Below are positions 37,149 to 48,453 of a DNA stretch of 64,000 bases, piece by piece. The stretch comes from a virus, in IMG/VR virus record IMGVR_UViG_3300042453_005575, positions 26,077-90,076 of that record; one strand, written 5' to 3'. The notes below the pieces were generated by a model, which worked only from the letters and a program-made list of their open reading frames with translations, was not told the origin of the DNA and ran no database searches. Position 1 is the stretch's first letter; each line of letters starts with the position of its first letter. Both the position numbers and the translations under genes were made by a program.

Positions 37149-38150
37149 ATGAAATTAGCGTCAATAGAAAGCATCGTATCGATTAAACCGCATTCAAACG
37201 CAGATAAACTCGAACTCGCCCAAGTTTTAGGGTGGCAAGTCGTGGTACAAAAAAGCATACACAAGCAAGGCGATAAAGTTGTGTTTATCCCGATAGACAC
37301 AATCGTCCCCAGATGCGAGTGGTCAGAATTTCTTGTGGACAAGGATAGCCCGGACAAACCGATTAGGCTAAAAACTAAAAAATTAAGGGGAGAATATTCC
37401 GCTGGAATCATTGTTTCTCTCACTAATTTTCCAGCGTTCTTTCAAGAGCTGGAAATTGGTAAAGATGTAACTGAATATTTGGGGGTTACAAAATACATAA
37501 AAGAAATACCTGCCCATTTACAAGGAGAAACAGCTGGAGATTTTCCCACACATATATGTTCAAAAACAGACGAAGACAACGGTTTGTCTGATTTAGAACT
37601 TGTTCGAAAAACAACTACAAATAATGAGGTTGTTGTTACACAGAAAATAGATGGAACGTCTATTTCAATTGTTTTTGACAATGGTGAAATTACACATGTC
37701 TGTTCTAGAAATTTATCAAAAAAAGAAACTACGGAAAGTGTGTACTGGAAAGCCGCCAGAGCGCTCAAGCAAGTTCCAGGTTTTACTGGAGTAATTCAAG
37801 GCGAATTAGCCGGAAATGGAATTCAGAAAAACCCTATGAAACTTGAAGGTATAGAATTGTTTGTGTTTCAGGTTAAAACAAAAGAAGGAGATTATTTAAA
37901 TTACCAAGCGATGAAAGGTTTTTGTAATATAGAACTATTATGCAAAACAGTTCCTCTCGTGTGGGAAGGCTCATTCGTAGGAGCGACAATAGAAGAAACT
38001 TTAGAAAAGCTACAGTCTTTGGCTGACATGCAATTTTATGCCCCTAATGTGCCTGCTGAAGGAATTGTTGTTAGACCTAAGGGTTATACTAAACTGTACG
38101 GAAGACCTATGGGGTTTAAAATATTAAATAGAAATTACAAGGATAATTAA
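37149..38150 (+). CDS. RNA ligase, DRB0094 family (N-terminal OB domain)
   Basis: MKLASI...HSNADKLE...GWQVVV OB domain, KTDE, TQKIDGTS motif I, CSRN, QGELAG.GIQKN, EGIVVR, FKILN. Confidence 0.88.
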   Translation: MKLASIESIVSIKPHSNADKLELAQVLGWQVVVQKSIHKQGDKVVFIPIDTIVPRCEWSEFLVDKDSPDKPIRLKTKKLRGEYSAGIIVSLTNFPAFFQELEIGKDVTEYLGVTKYIKEIPAHLQGETAGDFPTHICSKTDEDNGLSDLELVRKTTTNNEVVVTQKIDGTSISIVFDNGEITHVCSRNLSKKETTESVYWKAARALKQVPGFTGVIQGELAGNGIQKNPMKLEGIELFVFQVKTKEGDYLNYQAMKGFCNIELLCKTVPLVWEGSFVGATIEETLEKLQSLADMQFYAPNVPAEGIVVRPKGYTKLYGRPMGFKILNRNYKDN

Positions 38151-38438
38151 ATGTGTAAAAATCTCGACAAAAAAATTAAAAAAGCTACAGAATTAACTCA
38201 AGAATGGTATAAATTGATTGGAGGGGACCATCATAAAGACCGAGATTGTCATTTTTATATTGAAGCAACGTTTTCTTATGGTGATCCACCCATTTATCGG
38301 CTTACACATAATGGTTATTTGTCTGAGAGAATAAAAGAAGAGTACCACGATTATGAGTCCGCTATAGATGGTTTAATCAACCTACTTAAGTATATAATAA
38401 AAAATGAACAAGATTATTGCGACAATGGAGAGTTGTAA
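38151..38438 (+). CDS. Conserved phage hypothetical protein
   Basis: DHHKDRDCHFYI motif. Confidence 0.6.
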   Translation: MCKNLDKKIKKATELTQEWYKLIGGDHHKDRDCHFYIEATFSYGDPPIYRLTHNGYLSERIKEEYHDYESAIDGLINLLKYIIKNEQDYCDNGEL

Positions 38439-38450
38439 CTTTTAAATTAA

Positions 38451-38666
38451 ATGAAAGTAACGCCTGTATATACTTCTGGAGCCTACGAATTTCACGTTGA
38501 ATATAACGATAAAAAATATACCGCCAGAATATGGATGAATAATGCTAGCTCAAAATTTCAAGATTGGGAAATTGTGGATTCGAAAGGAGAAAAAGCTAAT
38601 TTTGATATAGAAGAAGATATTTTAGAGTATATCGACAATAATTGGGAAAATTTATCTCAAACATAA
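38451..38666 (+). CDS. Small hypothetical protein (paralog of 34849-35046)
   Basis: SSKFQDWEIVDSKG...DILEYIDNNW. Confidence 0.6.
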   Translation: MKVTPVYTSGAYEFHVEYNDKKYTARIWMNNASSKFQDWEIVDSKGEKANFDIEEDILEYIDNNWENLSQT

Positions 38667-38667
38667 C

Positions 38668-38898
38668 ATGAAATTATTTATATTAATTTTAACCATATTT
38701 CTCACAGGTTGTATACAAAATACTACATATATAGGCCCAGCAGATTATTTAGTGACTGTTTGGTCTGGAGGATTACCTGTTGCAGAATATTATGTGTATG
38801 ACTCACAGATCACTAGAAGCAGCGGCGGTGATTATTTTTTCTTTTCTAATAAAAAATTTATAAGAGCTACCGGGACAATTACTATAGAAGAACTTTAA
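38668..38898 (+). CDS. Putative lipoprotein
   Basis: MKLFILILTIFLTGC lipobox. Confidence 0.6.
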   Translation: MKLFILILTIFLTGCIQNTTYIGPADYLVTVWSGGLPVAEYYVYDSQITRSSGGDYFFFSNKKFIRATGTITIEEL

Positions 38899-40051
38899 TG
38901 TCACACACCTCGGATTCTTTAGAAGACCCTGAAATAGACTTATGGGAAGAGCATGCTTTTTATGAAAGCGGTTTATCCGCCGATGGCTGTTTTGATAAAC
39001 TCGATGATTATGCTATAGCTGCTATAAAACGATACGGCAGGCTTTTATTAAAATATCAATCAAGACACATTCAAATACTATCAAATGCAACACAATAACG
39101 AAATATTTTTAGATATAAAGCGCAAACCAGTTAGCCGTGGAGATTTCGTTATGTATCCGGTTAACACTTTTTTAAGATTTGCTGTTGTATCTAATGTAAG
39201 ATCTGAAAATATATTATCTGTAAAATATGTAAGATATATAAACGAGTTACTTGAAAATTCTGTATTAGGAAGGCAGACAGTCTCTAGGCATCAAAGAAGT
39301 ATAGTAAAAATTACCGGAGAAGAGCTGTTTGAATATATTGGAGAAAAATATTACGATTATATGAAGTCACTCTCAAACACAATAAAATTTCCAGTTAACG
39401 CAGCTAAAATTTTATAAACAACAAAATAAATGAAAAAGGTGACTTTAAAAACTAAAACAATACTTGATGTTATGGATTTAGATGAACTAATCCACGCTTC
39501 ATTTAGATACTATTTGGGTAGGCGTACAATATCAACATGCACTTTCGCAAAAAATTTGGCTAGAATATTTTCGCTTTTAAATAAACACACAAAGCAAATG
39601 TTAAGTAGAGAACTTCTACAAGCTTATGAAGCTGCTGAAAGGCTTCCTGACGCAAAAATCTTAGGAGATCAGTGCGATTTAAAATATTGGAATTTAGTAA
39701 AAGCAAAATGTGAGCGATATAACACACGAAGCGAAGGTTAAAAACAATGGAGAAAAAAATTGTACAACTACAGCTAAAACCTGCTAAAAGATACTATGAA
39801 AATTTACCTACCGCACTTAAAAAAGATGTACAAAAAATAAAAGATATATTGAATAACCACGGTTATGATGCTACTAACGAAATAATAGCTATGGTTTGGA
39901 ACACTGCTTCAGAAGATTATATGTGTGCAGGATGGATGTGTTTGCCTAACCACCTTCCGCGCAACCAAAAAGAAAAAACAATATTGAAATATATATTGGA
40001 ATACACCGAACCTGTCAGTAATGAATAAAACACAGAATCTATAATAATATA

Positions 40052-40855
40052 ATGCGTACACTAATATTACCAGACGTGCATTTAAAAATTGCTAAAGTCA
40101 AAAAAATAATAGATGATGAAAAATTTGATACGTTGATTTCATTAGGAGATTGGTTTGATGATTTTAATGACACTCCACTTAAAAATGAAAAAACAGCTAA
40201 ATTTATTTTAAGTCTTTACGATAAATTCGGAGAAAATTTTATATGGTTGCTAGGAAATCATGATGTTCCTTATGTTTACCCAGAAATGAAGACAACTTAT
40301 TGGTGTAGTGGTAATACAGAAGCAAAAAATAAAGTAATACAAAAAGTTTTTTCAAAAAAACTAAACAAAAATTTATTGAAGCTTGCTCATATTATTAAAC
40401 ACAATGATTTAAAACCTATTGTTTTATCTCATGCAGGTATATCTATAGGGCAATTTAAAAAAAGCTTATACTCAGCAAAAACGCCTGATGTAACAGAAAA
40501 TGACATAATCGAGCGTTGTAAAAAAGCTTTATTAAATTGTGATATAGGTAGGTATGATGAATTCCTCGGAGCAGGACCGGCAAGATATGGATATGCTCCT
40601 ATCGGCGGAGTTACCTGGCTTGACTGGAACATGGAGTTTGCGCCTGTTAAGGGATTAAGTCAAATAGTAGGGCACACACCAGTTAAATTACCGTCAATTA
40701 CAGATGGAAGCACGGATGAATATTTAATAGAAAAAGATGTAGAAGAAATGACGCATGTACTATCCGCAGATAAATGCTATAATATTAATCTAGATACTCA
40801 TTTAAACTATTATGCGATATTGGAAGATAATAATTTAATAATACGAAAAAAATAA
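40052..40855 (+). CDS. Calcineurin-like metallophosphoesterase
   Basis: PDVH, LGDWFD, LGNHD, SHAG, QIVGHT. Confidence 0.88.
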   Translation: MRTLILPDVHLKIAKVKKIIDDEKFDTLISLGDWFDDFNDTPLKNEKTAKFILSLYDKFGENFIWLLGNHDVPYVYPEMKTTYWCSGNTEAKNKVIQKVFSKKLNKNLLKLAHIIKHNDLKPIVLSHAGISIGQFKKSLYSAKTPDVTENDIIERCKKALLNCDIGRYDEFLGAGPARYGYAPIGGVTWLDWNMEFAPVKGLSQIVGHTPVKLPSITDGSTDEYLIEKDVEEMTHVLSADKCYNINLDTHLNYYAILEDNNLIIRKK

Positions 40856-41595
40856 TAATCACAATTATGTAAAATGTATGTTTCAAATATTTTTAATGAT
40901 TTTATTATGTGTTTTTACAACTAATAAAATAAATGCAAATGAAAAAAAATTTGATTGGACCGCTCGAGCAGACTTAGATTATACATATCGAGGAAAAAGC
41001 GAAGCTCTAAAAGAAACTTTGCGGTTCGGAGCGAGATATAAAGTATACGAGCCTAAGCACAAAAAATACATGTTTTATATGGGAGGTAATGCTATAACTG
41101 AACATGACTTATTCACTAAAGTCACCAAAATAAATGGTTTTTTTGTGCTAGGCTTTGAGTATTAGCCCACAGCTAATTAGTTGTGGGTAGCTATGAAAAA
41201 AATAAAAAAAATAATTGATCCCGTGACCCATGCTGAGCGCGCGGCTCAAATATTTTTAATAGGTTTGCTGTGTATTTTTATAATTAAAATAATAATAACA
41301 GGCACAAGTTTTACTGGAAAAAATATTAAATCAAATCACTATGAATTATATGAACGAGGAAGTGGAGGAGTTGATAAAAGCGGCTCTACACAAGCTCAAA
41401 AAAAATTCAGCACTTCTCAATAAAGCTGTAGCGCTTTCGAATGACGCTACTTGCCAAGCAGCATTCAAAGATGGTGTGTACGAAGTTTGCTGGCAGCTTG
41501 AGTTGGCTCTGAGCCAAAACGCTATGTATAAAATTCAAGCCGCTAAACAAAAAAATTCTCAACTATAAAATTTTAAACTTATATAAAATAATTTT

Positions 41596-42738
41596 ATGCC
41601 TAAACTAACTCTTCCTACTTTATATAAAAGAACTGCGACTGGAGCTATACAAGAATGGACTATTTTTGCAGAAAATGGCCAACATTGGTCGATAAGTGGG
41701 CAAACAGATGGAAAAAAAGTAATTGCAGCGCCATCAGTCTGTAGTCCTAAAAACCTCGGTAAAAAAAATGAAACAACTAAAGAGCAGCAAGCAGAATTCG
41801 AAGCTAAGGCAAAATGGCAAAAAAAGATTGATGAAGGGTATGCTCGGTGTTTGGACGATATTGATAAAGTGCGAGAAGTACGTGTGGAACCTATGTTAGC
41901 CAAAGATTATAAAGACTATAAAGATAAACTCATATTTCCTTTGTACTCACAGCCTAAATTAGACGGCCTCAGGTGTATTATTACTAGAGACGCAGCTATG
42001 AGTAGAAAGTGGAAGCCGTTTGTTACTTTAAATCATGTTAGAGAAGCTCTGGCTCCTCTTTTTGAAAAGTATCCATCAATTATGGCTTTTGATGGTGAGA
42101 TGTATTCGCACGAATTAAAGGATCAGTTTGAAGAAATCGTGAGTATTGTAAAACAACCAAAAGCTAATGCTCAAGATATAGAAAAAGCAAAACAATATGT
42201 TCAATATCATGTATATGACTATGTAGATAGTGATAAATCAACGCCTTTCAATATACGAAATAGTCGACTAATTGAATATTTGAAGCAAATTGATAGTTCC
42301 TATATCAAATATGTCGAAACAATATTAGCAACAAATCAAAAAGATTTAGATAAATTATCTGAAAAATATATTACTGATGGTTATGAAGGCCAAATGATCA
42401 GATGTTTTGAATCTCCTTACGAGCACAAGCGGACAAATAATCTTTTAAAAAGAAAAGATTTTGTGGATGATGAATTTAAAATTATAGGATACAAAGAAGG
42501 AAACGGGAGCAGGCAAGGCTGTGTTGTATTGAGATGCGTAACAAAAGACGGAAAGGAATTTGACTCTGTTCCTAAAGGAGGTGTTGAATATCTCCAAAAA
42601 TTATGGAAACATAAAGAAAATCTTATAGGGTTAATAGCTACTATTAAATTTCAAAGTTTAAGCCAAGAAGGTATTCCTAGATTCAATAACACTATAAAAT
42701 TCAAAAATAAAGAATTAGAAGAAATAGTATTTAATTAA
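41596..42738 (+). CDS. ATP-dependent DNA ligase
   Basis: PMLA, QPKLDGLRC motif I, FDGEMY, YHVYD, YEGQMIR, LLKRK, GIPRF. Confidence 0.92.
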   Translation: MPKLTLPTLYKRTATGAIQEWTIFAENGQHWSISGQTDGKKVIAAPSVCSPKNLGKKNETTKEQQAEFEAKAKWQKKIDEGYARCLDDIDKVREVRVEPMLAKDYKDYKDKLIFPLYSQPKLDGLRCIITRDAAMSRKWKPFVTLNHVREALAPLFEKYPSIMAFDGEMYSHELKDQFEEIVSIVKQPKANAQDIEKAKQYVQYHVYDYVDSDKSTPFNIRNSRLIEYLKQIDSSYIKYVETILATNQKDLDKLSEKYITDGYEGQMIRCFESPYEHKRTNNLLKRKDFVDDEFKIIGYKEGNGSRQGCVVLRCVTKDGKEFDSVPKGGVEYLQKLWKHKENLIGLIATIKFQSLSQEGIPRFNNTIKFKNKELEEIVFN

Positions 42739-43004
42739 ATATATGAGCGAAGAAAAATTGACAGCAATTAAAGCAGCTAAATTGAAAGTATCTGAGCTAT
42801 CTCGCGAGCAAGATCAAATTTTTGAAAAATTGATGGTTGATCTTTGTCCTAACATGGATTCAATAGATGTTGAAAAGCGCGAAGCTGCCAGGGATTGGCT
42901 TTTTGACGCTATATATAACATCGCTGAAGAAGATGATTATTTTGAAACAAGTGTGGCTCATTTTGATAAGCTGGCAACAAGCTAAAATCTGCTCGCGGTA
43001 GCAA

Positions 43005-43051
43005 GCAGGGAGGTTTTTCTCATATTTTTATGGTTGAAAAAACCTCCCTGC
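43005..43051. terminator. 14-bp perfect inverted repeat upstream of the Rnl1-like gene
   Basis: GCAGGGAGGTTTTT...AAAAACCTCCCTGC. Confidence 0.5.
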
Positions 43052-43061
43052 CACTGCTAAT

Positions 43062-44183
43062 ATGCATATAAATATTATGAAAATACTTGAAACTCTCGCA
43101 AAAGAAAAATTTTCAATTGTGGAAGGGCGCATAGCGGGAGACAAAGTTTATTTAATTTATAAGAGAGACCCTGGCGCAACCTGGAGCCCTGAGACAATAA
43201 AATATAGATCAAGCATCTGGAATGAACAGATGCAGCCTGTATCTTTAGGGTTTAAAAAATTTTTTAACCTAGGCGAAGAAAAGCGCTCACTATTATTCAA
43301 AGACCCTTCTGACTCCTCACTTATGGCTGCAGGGGCTAAAATCGTAGAAAAAATTGACGGTTCGTGTTTGATAGTATCTAAATATAAAAAAGAATTAATT
43401 GTGCGTACCAGGCAGTCTTTTGATGCCTCGAATCACTTTAGAAGTGGTGGAGAGATACCGCACCTTAAAACTAAATACCCGAAAGTTTTTAACAACCATA
43501 TTCTTGACGCTGAAAGCCACAGCCTTTTGTTTGAATGGACCACTCCCTCTAATAGAATTGTTGTGGATTATGGGCAAATTTCTGAAATTAGACTTATTGG
43601 GGCTGTAAACCATAAAGATTATAGCTATATGACGCAAGAAGAGCTCGACGAGTTGGGCAAAATTCTTGAAGTTAAAAGACCTAGCTATTTAAATATAACC
43701 TCGATAGAACAACTTTTGGATAATGTTAAGCATTTGACAAAAGCTGAAGGGTATTGTGTATACTTTAACGGCGGGCAAGATATAAAAAAGATAAAATCCG
43801 ACTGGTATTTAGCTCTCCAAAAATTTGTAATTAACCTTAAAATAGATCCTATCGTAGACTTTTATATAAGCTATAATTATCCTACGCTTTCTGAGTTTAA
43901 AAAAATATTGGAAGAGTACTTTGATTTGGAGTACTTTCCTCAACTATCGCGGTTCGCGGAAAAAATTTGCGAAGCCTACAAAATGGTTGCGAGCGAGATC
44001 GAAAGAATGAAGCGCTTTGTAGCTCCTCTGGATGGCTCTACAGCCATCGGGAGGAAAATAGCCGCCACACAGATCAACATAGCTTATGGAGCCTCGCATA
44101 AAGCAAGTTTTGTATTTGATTTGCTGGATAATAAACCTTTAACAAATCGACAAATTAGAAAATTGATATTCAAATCTTTGTAG
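43062..44183 (+). CDS. RNA ligase, T4 Rnl1-like
   Basis: FKKFFNLGE, EKIDGS motif I, LFEW...NRIVVDY, EGYCV, KIKSDWY. Confidence 0.85.
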   Translation: MHINIMKILETLAKEKFSIVEGRIAGDKVYLIYKRDPGATWSPETIKYRSSIWNEQMQPVSLGFKKFFNLGEEKRSLLFKDPSDSSLMAAGAKIVEKIDGSCLIVSKYKKELIVRTRQSFDASNHFRSGGEIPHLKTKYPKVFNNHILDAESHSLLFEWTTPSNRIVVDYGQISEIRLIGAVNHKDYSYMTQEELDELGKILEVKRPSYLNITSIEQLLDNVKHLTKAEGYCVYFNGGQDIKKIKSDWYLALQKFVINLKIDPIVDFYISYNYPTLSEFKKILEEYFDLEYFPQLSRFAEKICEAYKMVASEIERMKRFVAPLDGSTAIGRKIAATQINIAYGASHKASFVFDLLDNKPLTNRQIRKLIFKSL

Positions 44184-44662
44184 ACCAAAATGACAAGAGA
44201 GCAAAATTACGCATGTTCGGCAATAGCGAAGCATTTTAGGCTGGCTAAAAAATATATAACTAATATAGCTATAGAAAGTTTTAAAAAAATGGGTGTGCTT
44301 GAGTCCCCACGAATGTTTTTAGCGGTGATGCCTGAATTTGAAGAATTGAGGATACACACCACAAAAAATACTCTAAATATTGGAGCAATGCCATTTATAA
44401 AAATGGTTAAAAAATCTCCGCTATATAGCGATTTTAAAGAAATGGAGTGTGCCGAGTTATCTGATGTTTTGTGTTTTTTCTCGGGCGGAAAATTAATGTG
44501 TATGCATCGTAAAATAGATTATTGTGGGATTGGAGGGGTATTTGTGAGAGATGGTGATGACAAAGGTAACAATTCCGGGTTTGTTTTTGAGCCTTTCGAA
44601 CACTATTTAAAAGAAAAATATCATATTGCCTTCACAGAAGACTAAATAATTATATAAAATTT

Positions 44663-44708
44663 TTGGTATAATATATTGGAGACTGACTACTATAGTAGTT
44701 ATAGTCTT
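44663..44708 (+). promoter_or_regulatory. Repeated phage promoter-like motif TTGGTATAR-N5-TG plus hairpin (copy 1)
   Basis: TTGGTATAATATATTG followed by GACTAC-TATA-GTAGTT hairpin; same layout at 55701, 58915 and 59658. Confidence 0.6.
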
Positions 44709-44909
44709 ATTATAACCTGTAATTATCACCCATCACCCACCACCCTCCATGCACATATTAGGAATTATAATCCTGATAATAATTTGCGTTAGCTCCCCGG
44801 ATAAAGAAAAATAACCACCCGAAAGCTAGCAAAACAAGAGCTCATAACGAGCAAAGGGGAAAGTTTTTACCCCTAAACAAAAATAAAAACAACCTACAAT
44901 AAAACCAAA

Positions 44910-45791
44910 ATGGTAAAAATAAACATACCTGATGAGGCTGCGGAAGTCATCCGCGCGTCTAACCAAAAAACTTCTGCTGAACAGCTGCAGACGTCAATAT
45001 GTGAAGCCATAGCTTCTCCTAAATCAGTAAAAGAAATAGGTAGGCAATTAGAGGCTGTTAGCCTCCCGGATGAAACTCCGGTTGACTCGACATTTTTGAC
45101 GCGATGCCTCAAGAATGAGATTGAGAGAAGAAAAGAAAATAGCTCAGGGGGAGACTACAATCCAGAATTCTTTCCATCCGCAATCCGCAGACCGAAAGTT
45201 TTTGTGGCGCGCCGCGCATCAGAAACTGAGGAGTTGCGCTATGTGTCAACAGCAGAGCATTTGGAGCATTTACTTAATGAAATAACGAATATCTCGTTAG
45301 AAAGTGCTTATGTAGGCCACGATTGCAATGACGTAATCGTTCTGCGCTGCGAGCTTCCCCAGGCATATGTAGCCCGAGTTCCCTACATTAAATTAGCGCA
45401 TATCCCTATGCGTTTCTTTCAAACAGACTCGGTGGTATGTAAAAAAATGCCTCCAAAGTTACCACATAAAAAAGGAGAATTGTATCATGGTGAAAGTGTT
45501 GTTTTATGCCGTGAGCTTGAACCTGTCTGGACAGATAAGCCGCTGTATGAGATTAAGCAAGCCACTATAGCTACATATAACTGCGTTACTCTAAAAATAC
45601 GTAAAGAAGACCATACCTTGAAATCTTGGTTTCCTGGCATAGACAAAGATTCCGCTCCGTGTCAAACACTCGAAGGAACCTTTGTTTTAGTTGGTCCTCA
45701 TTTTGACAGCACTGGTCAGGTTTATAAGAACAAAAAAGCTGCGGTGGCTTCGAAATTGACTTTGGGTGATATAAAAACCAACCAAGGTTGA
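44910..45791 (+). CDS. Hypothetical protein
   Basis: 293-aa ORF between the promoter motif and a terminator. Confidence 0.65.
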   Translation: MVKINIPDEAAEVIRASNQKTSAEQLQTSICEAIASPKSVKEIGRQLEAVSLPDETPVDSTFLTRCLKNEIERRKENSSGGDYNPEFFPSAIRRPKVFVARRASETEELRYVSTAEHLEHLLNEITNISLESAYVGHDCNDVIVLRCELPQAYVARVPYIKLAHIPMRFFQTDSVVCKKMPPKLPHKKGELYHGESVVLCRELEPVWTDKPLYEIKQATIATYNCVTLKIRKEDHTLKSWFPGIDKDSAPCQTLEGTFVLVGPHFDSTGQVYKNKKAAVASKLTLGDIKTNQG

Positions 45792-45814
45792 TCAGTCTAG
45801 TAAACCTGTGAAAT

Positions 45815-45847
45815 AAAAGAGGGGGTTAACCGCACCCCCTCTTTTTT
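45815..45847 (+). terminator. Intrinsic terminator
   Basis: AAAAGAGGGGG-loop-CCCCCTCTTTTTT. Confidence 0.75.
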
Positions 45848-46630
45848 ACATCTAAATAATATGCAAAATAAAATAATAATAAGCTCTACATGCTTAATTT
45901 CAATATTAGGCTCATTTGTGGTTGCTTATAATAATCCAATATTTTTAACAGGTTACGCGTTACTCACCACAATATTATTTGCTATTGTTACTGTAGGTGG
46001 AATTATAGACTATAATAGACTAGAAGCTAGAGATATACGAGAGGTGCACAGGGAGAGAGCTAAAATAGCGAAAGAAAAGAATGCACATCTAACAGAACTG
46101 TTAGTAGAAAAAGAAAATGAAATAAAGAAACTTCGTGGTAACAAATGCCGAAACCAAACTACCGCGAATCGAGAGCCAAGCAGCACTACTGGGATTGCTA
46201 TCGAGTTTTAACAGTAGGTGCTTTCGAGGATACGCAGTTGCATCCATTATATTAAATAAAGCGTTTAAATTAATACTGTTAAACAGTTCATTTGCTTCTG
46301 ATTTTATAAACTTTAATTTTAAAAATAAAAATAATTTTGAGCAGGAAAACTACATAAATCTAAGACCTACAGATCTTCCTTACGAAATAAGAAACAAAGT
46401 AAGAAAACTTTATGCAGCTTTTCCTGGAATAAATACATCTCAAATTAAAGAAAAGTTGAACTTACCTGGCGATGCTGGTATTCTACCTATAGAGTATAAA
46501 TGGTTTTTTAATTATTATAGTAAATATGGAGGGCGCTTTAACAAATATAATATCATATCAGATGAAGAACTTCTGACTCCGCTTACAGATTCTGAAAAAA
46601 ATGAACTACAACATCTAATAGTTTAAAATT

Positions 46631-46670
46631 AAAGGGAACCTTCGGTTAAAAGGTTCCCTTTTTTTTAGCT
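46631..46670 (+). terminator. Intrinsic terminator ending T-tract-AGCT
   Basis: AAAGGGAACCTT-loop-AAGGTTCCCTTTTTTTTAGCT. Confidence 0.75.
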
Positions 46671-46955
46671 ATCGAACAAAATATATGCAAGAACAAGAAG
46701 GCTTTCAAATACCGCAAGAATTTATACACAGGTTAAATGAATACACGCAAGGTTATTTATTGTTCGTTTGTAATGAGGCCGGCGAGATATCGTCTTACGA
46801 ATCTTTCGATACACCTATAATTAAACTCGGGCTATATAATTTTGCCCAAATTCATGCAAACGCGTATCATAACCATATGGACCAAAAGGCTTTTAAACTA
46901 GAGGAAAAATGTGATGCAGATGATTATGACGCGGACGATAGCAGCGATTGACACA

Positions 46956-47429
46956 TTATAGCAACGCGGCTTGAAAATGCATCCAGTCATAATTTTTTTC
47001 TCTCCCTAAGCTAACCCACCCTTCATTTTCAACAATCGCCCAAAAGCTTTCATACTCCTTTTTAGCTAGTGAAGCTTTATTGCTGGACCATTTGAGTAAG
47101 TTTCGATCCGGGTCGATATCCACGGCTGCGCCCCAAGAGTGAATAGACCAAGATGACCCGCCGCGCATTTTTCTTACATTTAAACAACCGCCAAAGCTGT
47201 CGAGCCTAAGTCTAGCTATTTCTTCGAGGCCGTAAGTTTTAAGAGTTTTTTCAAATATCTGGTACAGTGATTTTGCGCATTTTTTATTACATGAAATTTT
47301 TCTAATTTTAGCCTTTGTGTCCCAAGCTAGATACATTTCATAAGGTAGCTGAATTTTTTCCTGATTTTCTCCGATAGGCCCATAAAAGTCTGTCATGGAT
47401 TTAAAATTTTGTTTAGGCCAATTATTCAT
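46956..47429 (-). CDS. Endolysin, peptidase M15 family
   Basis: RKMRGG...SIHSWGAAVDID (SxH-x6-D) and DWMHFQ zinc-peptidase motifs. Confidence 0.88.
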   Translation of the reverse strand: MNNWPKQNFKSMTDFYGPIGENQEKIQLPYEMYLAWDTKAKIRKISCNKKCAKSLYQIFEKTLKTYGLEEIARLRLDSFGGCLNVRKMRGGSSWSIHSWGAAVDIDPDRNLLKWSSNKASLAKKEYESFWAIVENEGWVSLGREKNYDWMHFQAALL

Positions 47430-47892
47430 GAGGTTGCTCCATAGACCAACCTATCGGAGCATAAGATCGGTCTTTCTTAAATTTTTCTTCGAATAAGCCA
47501 ACTATCGACTCATCGACTTCTTCTTTTACCTGCACCATTTCACCTTTTAAAGATGTGTTGGACTCTGAGTTGTACTTGAAATCTATAGCTGTTTGAAGTC
47601 CTAGGTAAGCTGCGATTATAAATGCAAATATTTTAATTGTTTCCACAAATATAGTTACAAAAGGCGCAGTAATTCCTGGGACCGGAGCTGTTAAAAATAA
47701 AATAAACACACTTATTCCATAAAAAGCTACGAGCATTAAAACAGAAGTAAAAACGATAAAAAATTTTTTACTTCTTAAAAAGTTAATCGATTTTAACTCT
47801 TCAACATATTCGATTGGAGTGTTAGGCGGTACGCCGCTGTTAGTCAACATGGAAGATATCGAATGCCCTAAATTTAAAATTTTATCCCACAT
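47422..47892 (-). CDS. Putative holin / membrane protein
   Basis: Two hydrophobic segments, SKKF motif, overlaps the endolysin start. Confidence 0.55.
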   Translation of the reverse strand: MWDKILNLGHSISSMLTNSGVPPNTPIEYVEELKSINFLRSKKFFIVFTSVLMLVAFYGISVFILFLTAPVPGITAPFVTIFVETIKIFAFIIAAYLGLQTAIDFKYNSESNTSLKGEMVQVKEEVDESIVGLFEEKFKKDRSYAPIGWSMEQPHE

Positions 47893-47910
47893 AACAACAT
47901 AATTAAAATA

Positions 47911-48453
47911 TCAAAATATTAAAAATACTAACAAAAATCCTAACCCGAACATAAAAAGAGGGGCAGTAATTTCAACTAGAGGCGACCATGCCCCAGTAAG
48001 TTTTGCGGTTTGTGTTACCATAGGCGAACCAAATCTGAAATATAGAAGAAGGAATAACACCCCGACAGCAGCGCCAAGAATTGTTTTTAATTTATGGTAT
48101 TTATTTTTTGTTTTATCGTGAAGTGCTTTCTCATCATCGTATTTTTGCTTGGCTCCAGCCAACTCCCCACGAGCAAAGACCAACTCTTTGTAGTACTGTA
48201 ATTTATCTGCTTGCTGCTGTAGCCCCCAAGCTTGCATATTTTTTAAATCATTTTCTATAATTTCTTTGTCTTTAAACAAATCATACACTTTTCCTTGTGC
48301 ATTGCTTAACGCTTTTTCTAAGTTATCTATTTCTTGAATTAACGCTACCTTAACGTCTTGATTTTTTTTGCTTATAACGGCAGGCTCTGCAACTGCAGGC
48401 ATTGAACCTATGAAAAATACTAAAGCTAAACAGGTATAAAATAAATTATTCAT
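47911..48453 (-). CDS. Signal peptide + coiled coil + C-terminal TM protein (spanin-like)
   Basis: N-terminal hydrophobic signal, heptad-rich middle, two C-terminal TM segments; lysis context. Confidence 0.45.
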   Translation of the reverse strand: MNNLFYTCLALVFFIGSMPAVAEPAVISKKNQDVKVALIQEIDNLEKALSNAQGKVYDLFKDKEIIENDLKNMQAWGLQQQADKLQYYKELVFARGELAGAKQKYDDEKALHDKTKNKYHKLKTILGAAVGVLFLLLYFRFGSPMVTQTAKLTGAWSPLVEITAPLFMFGLGFLLVFLIF

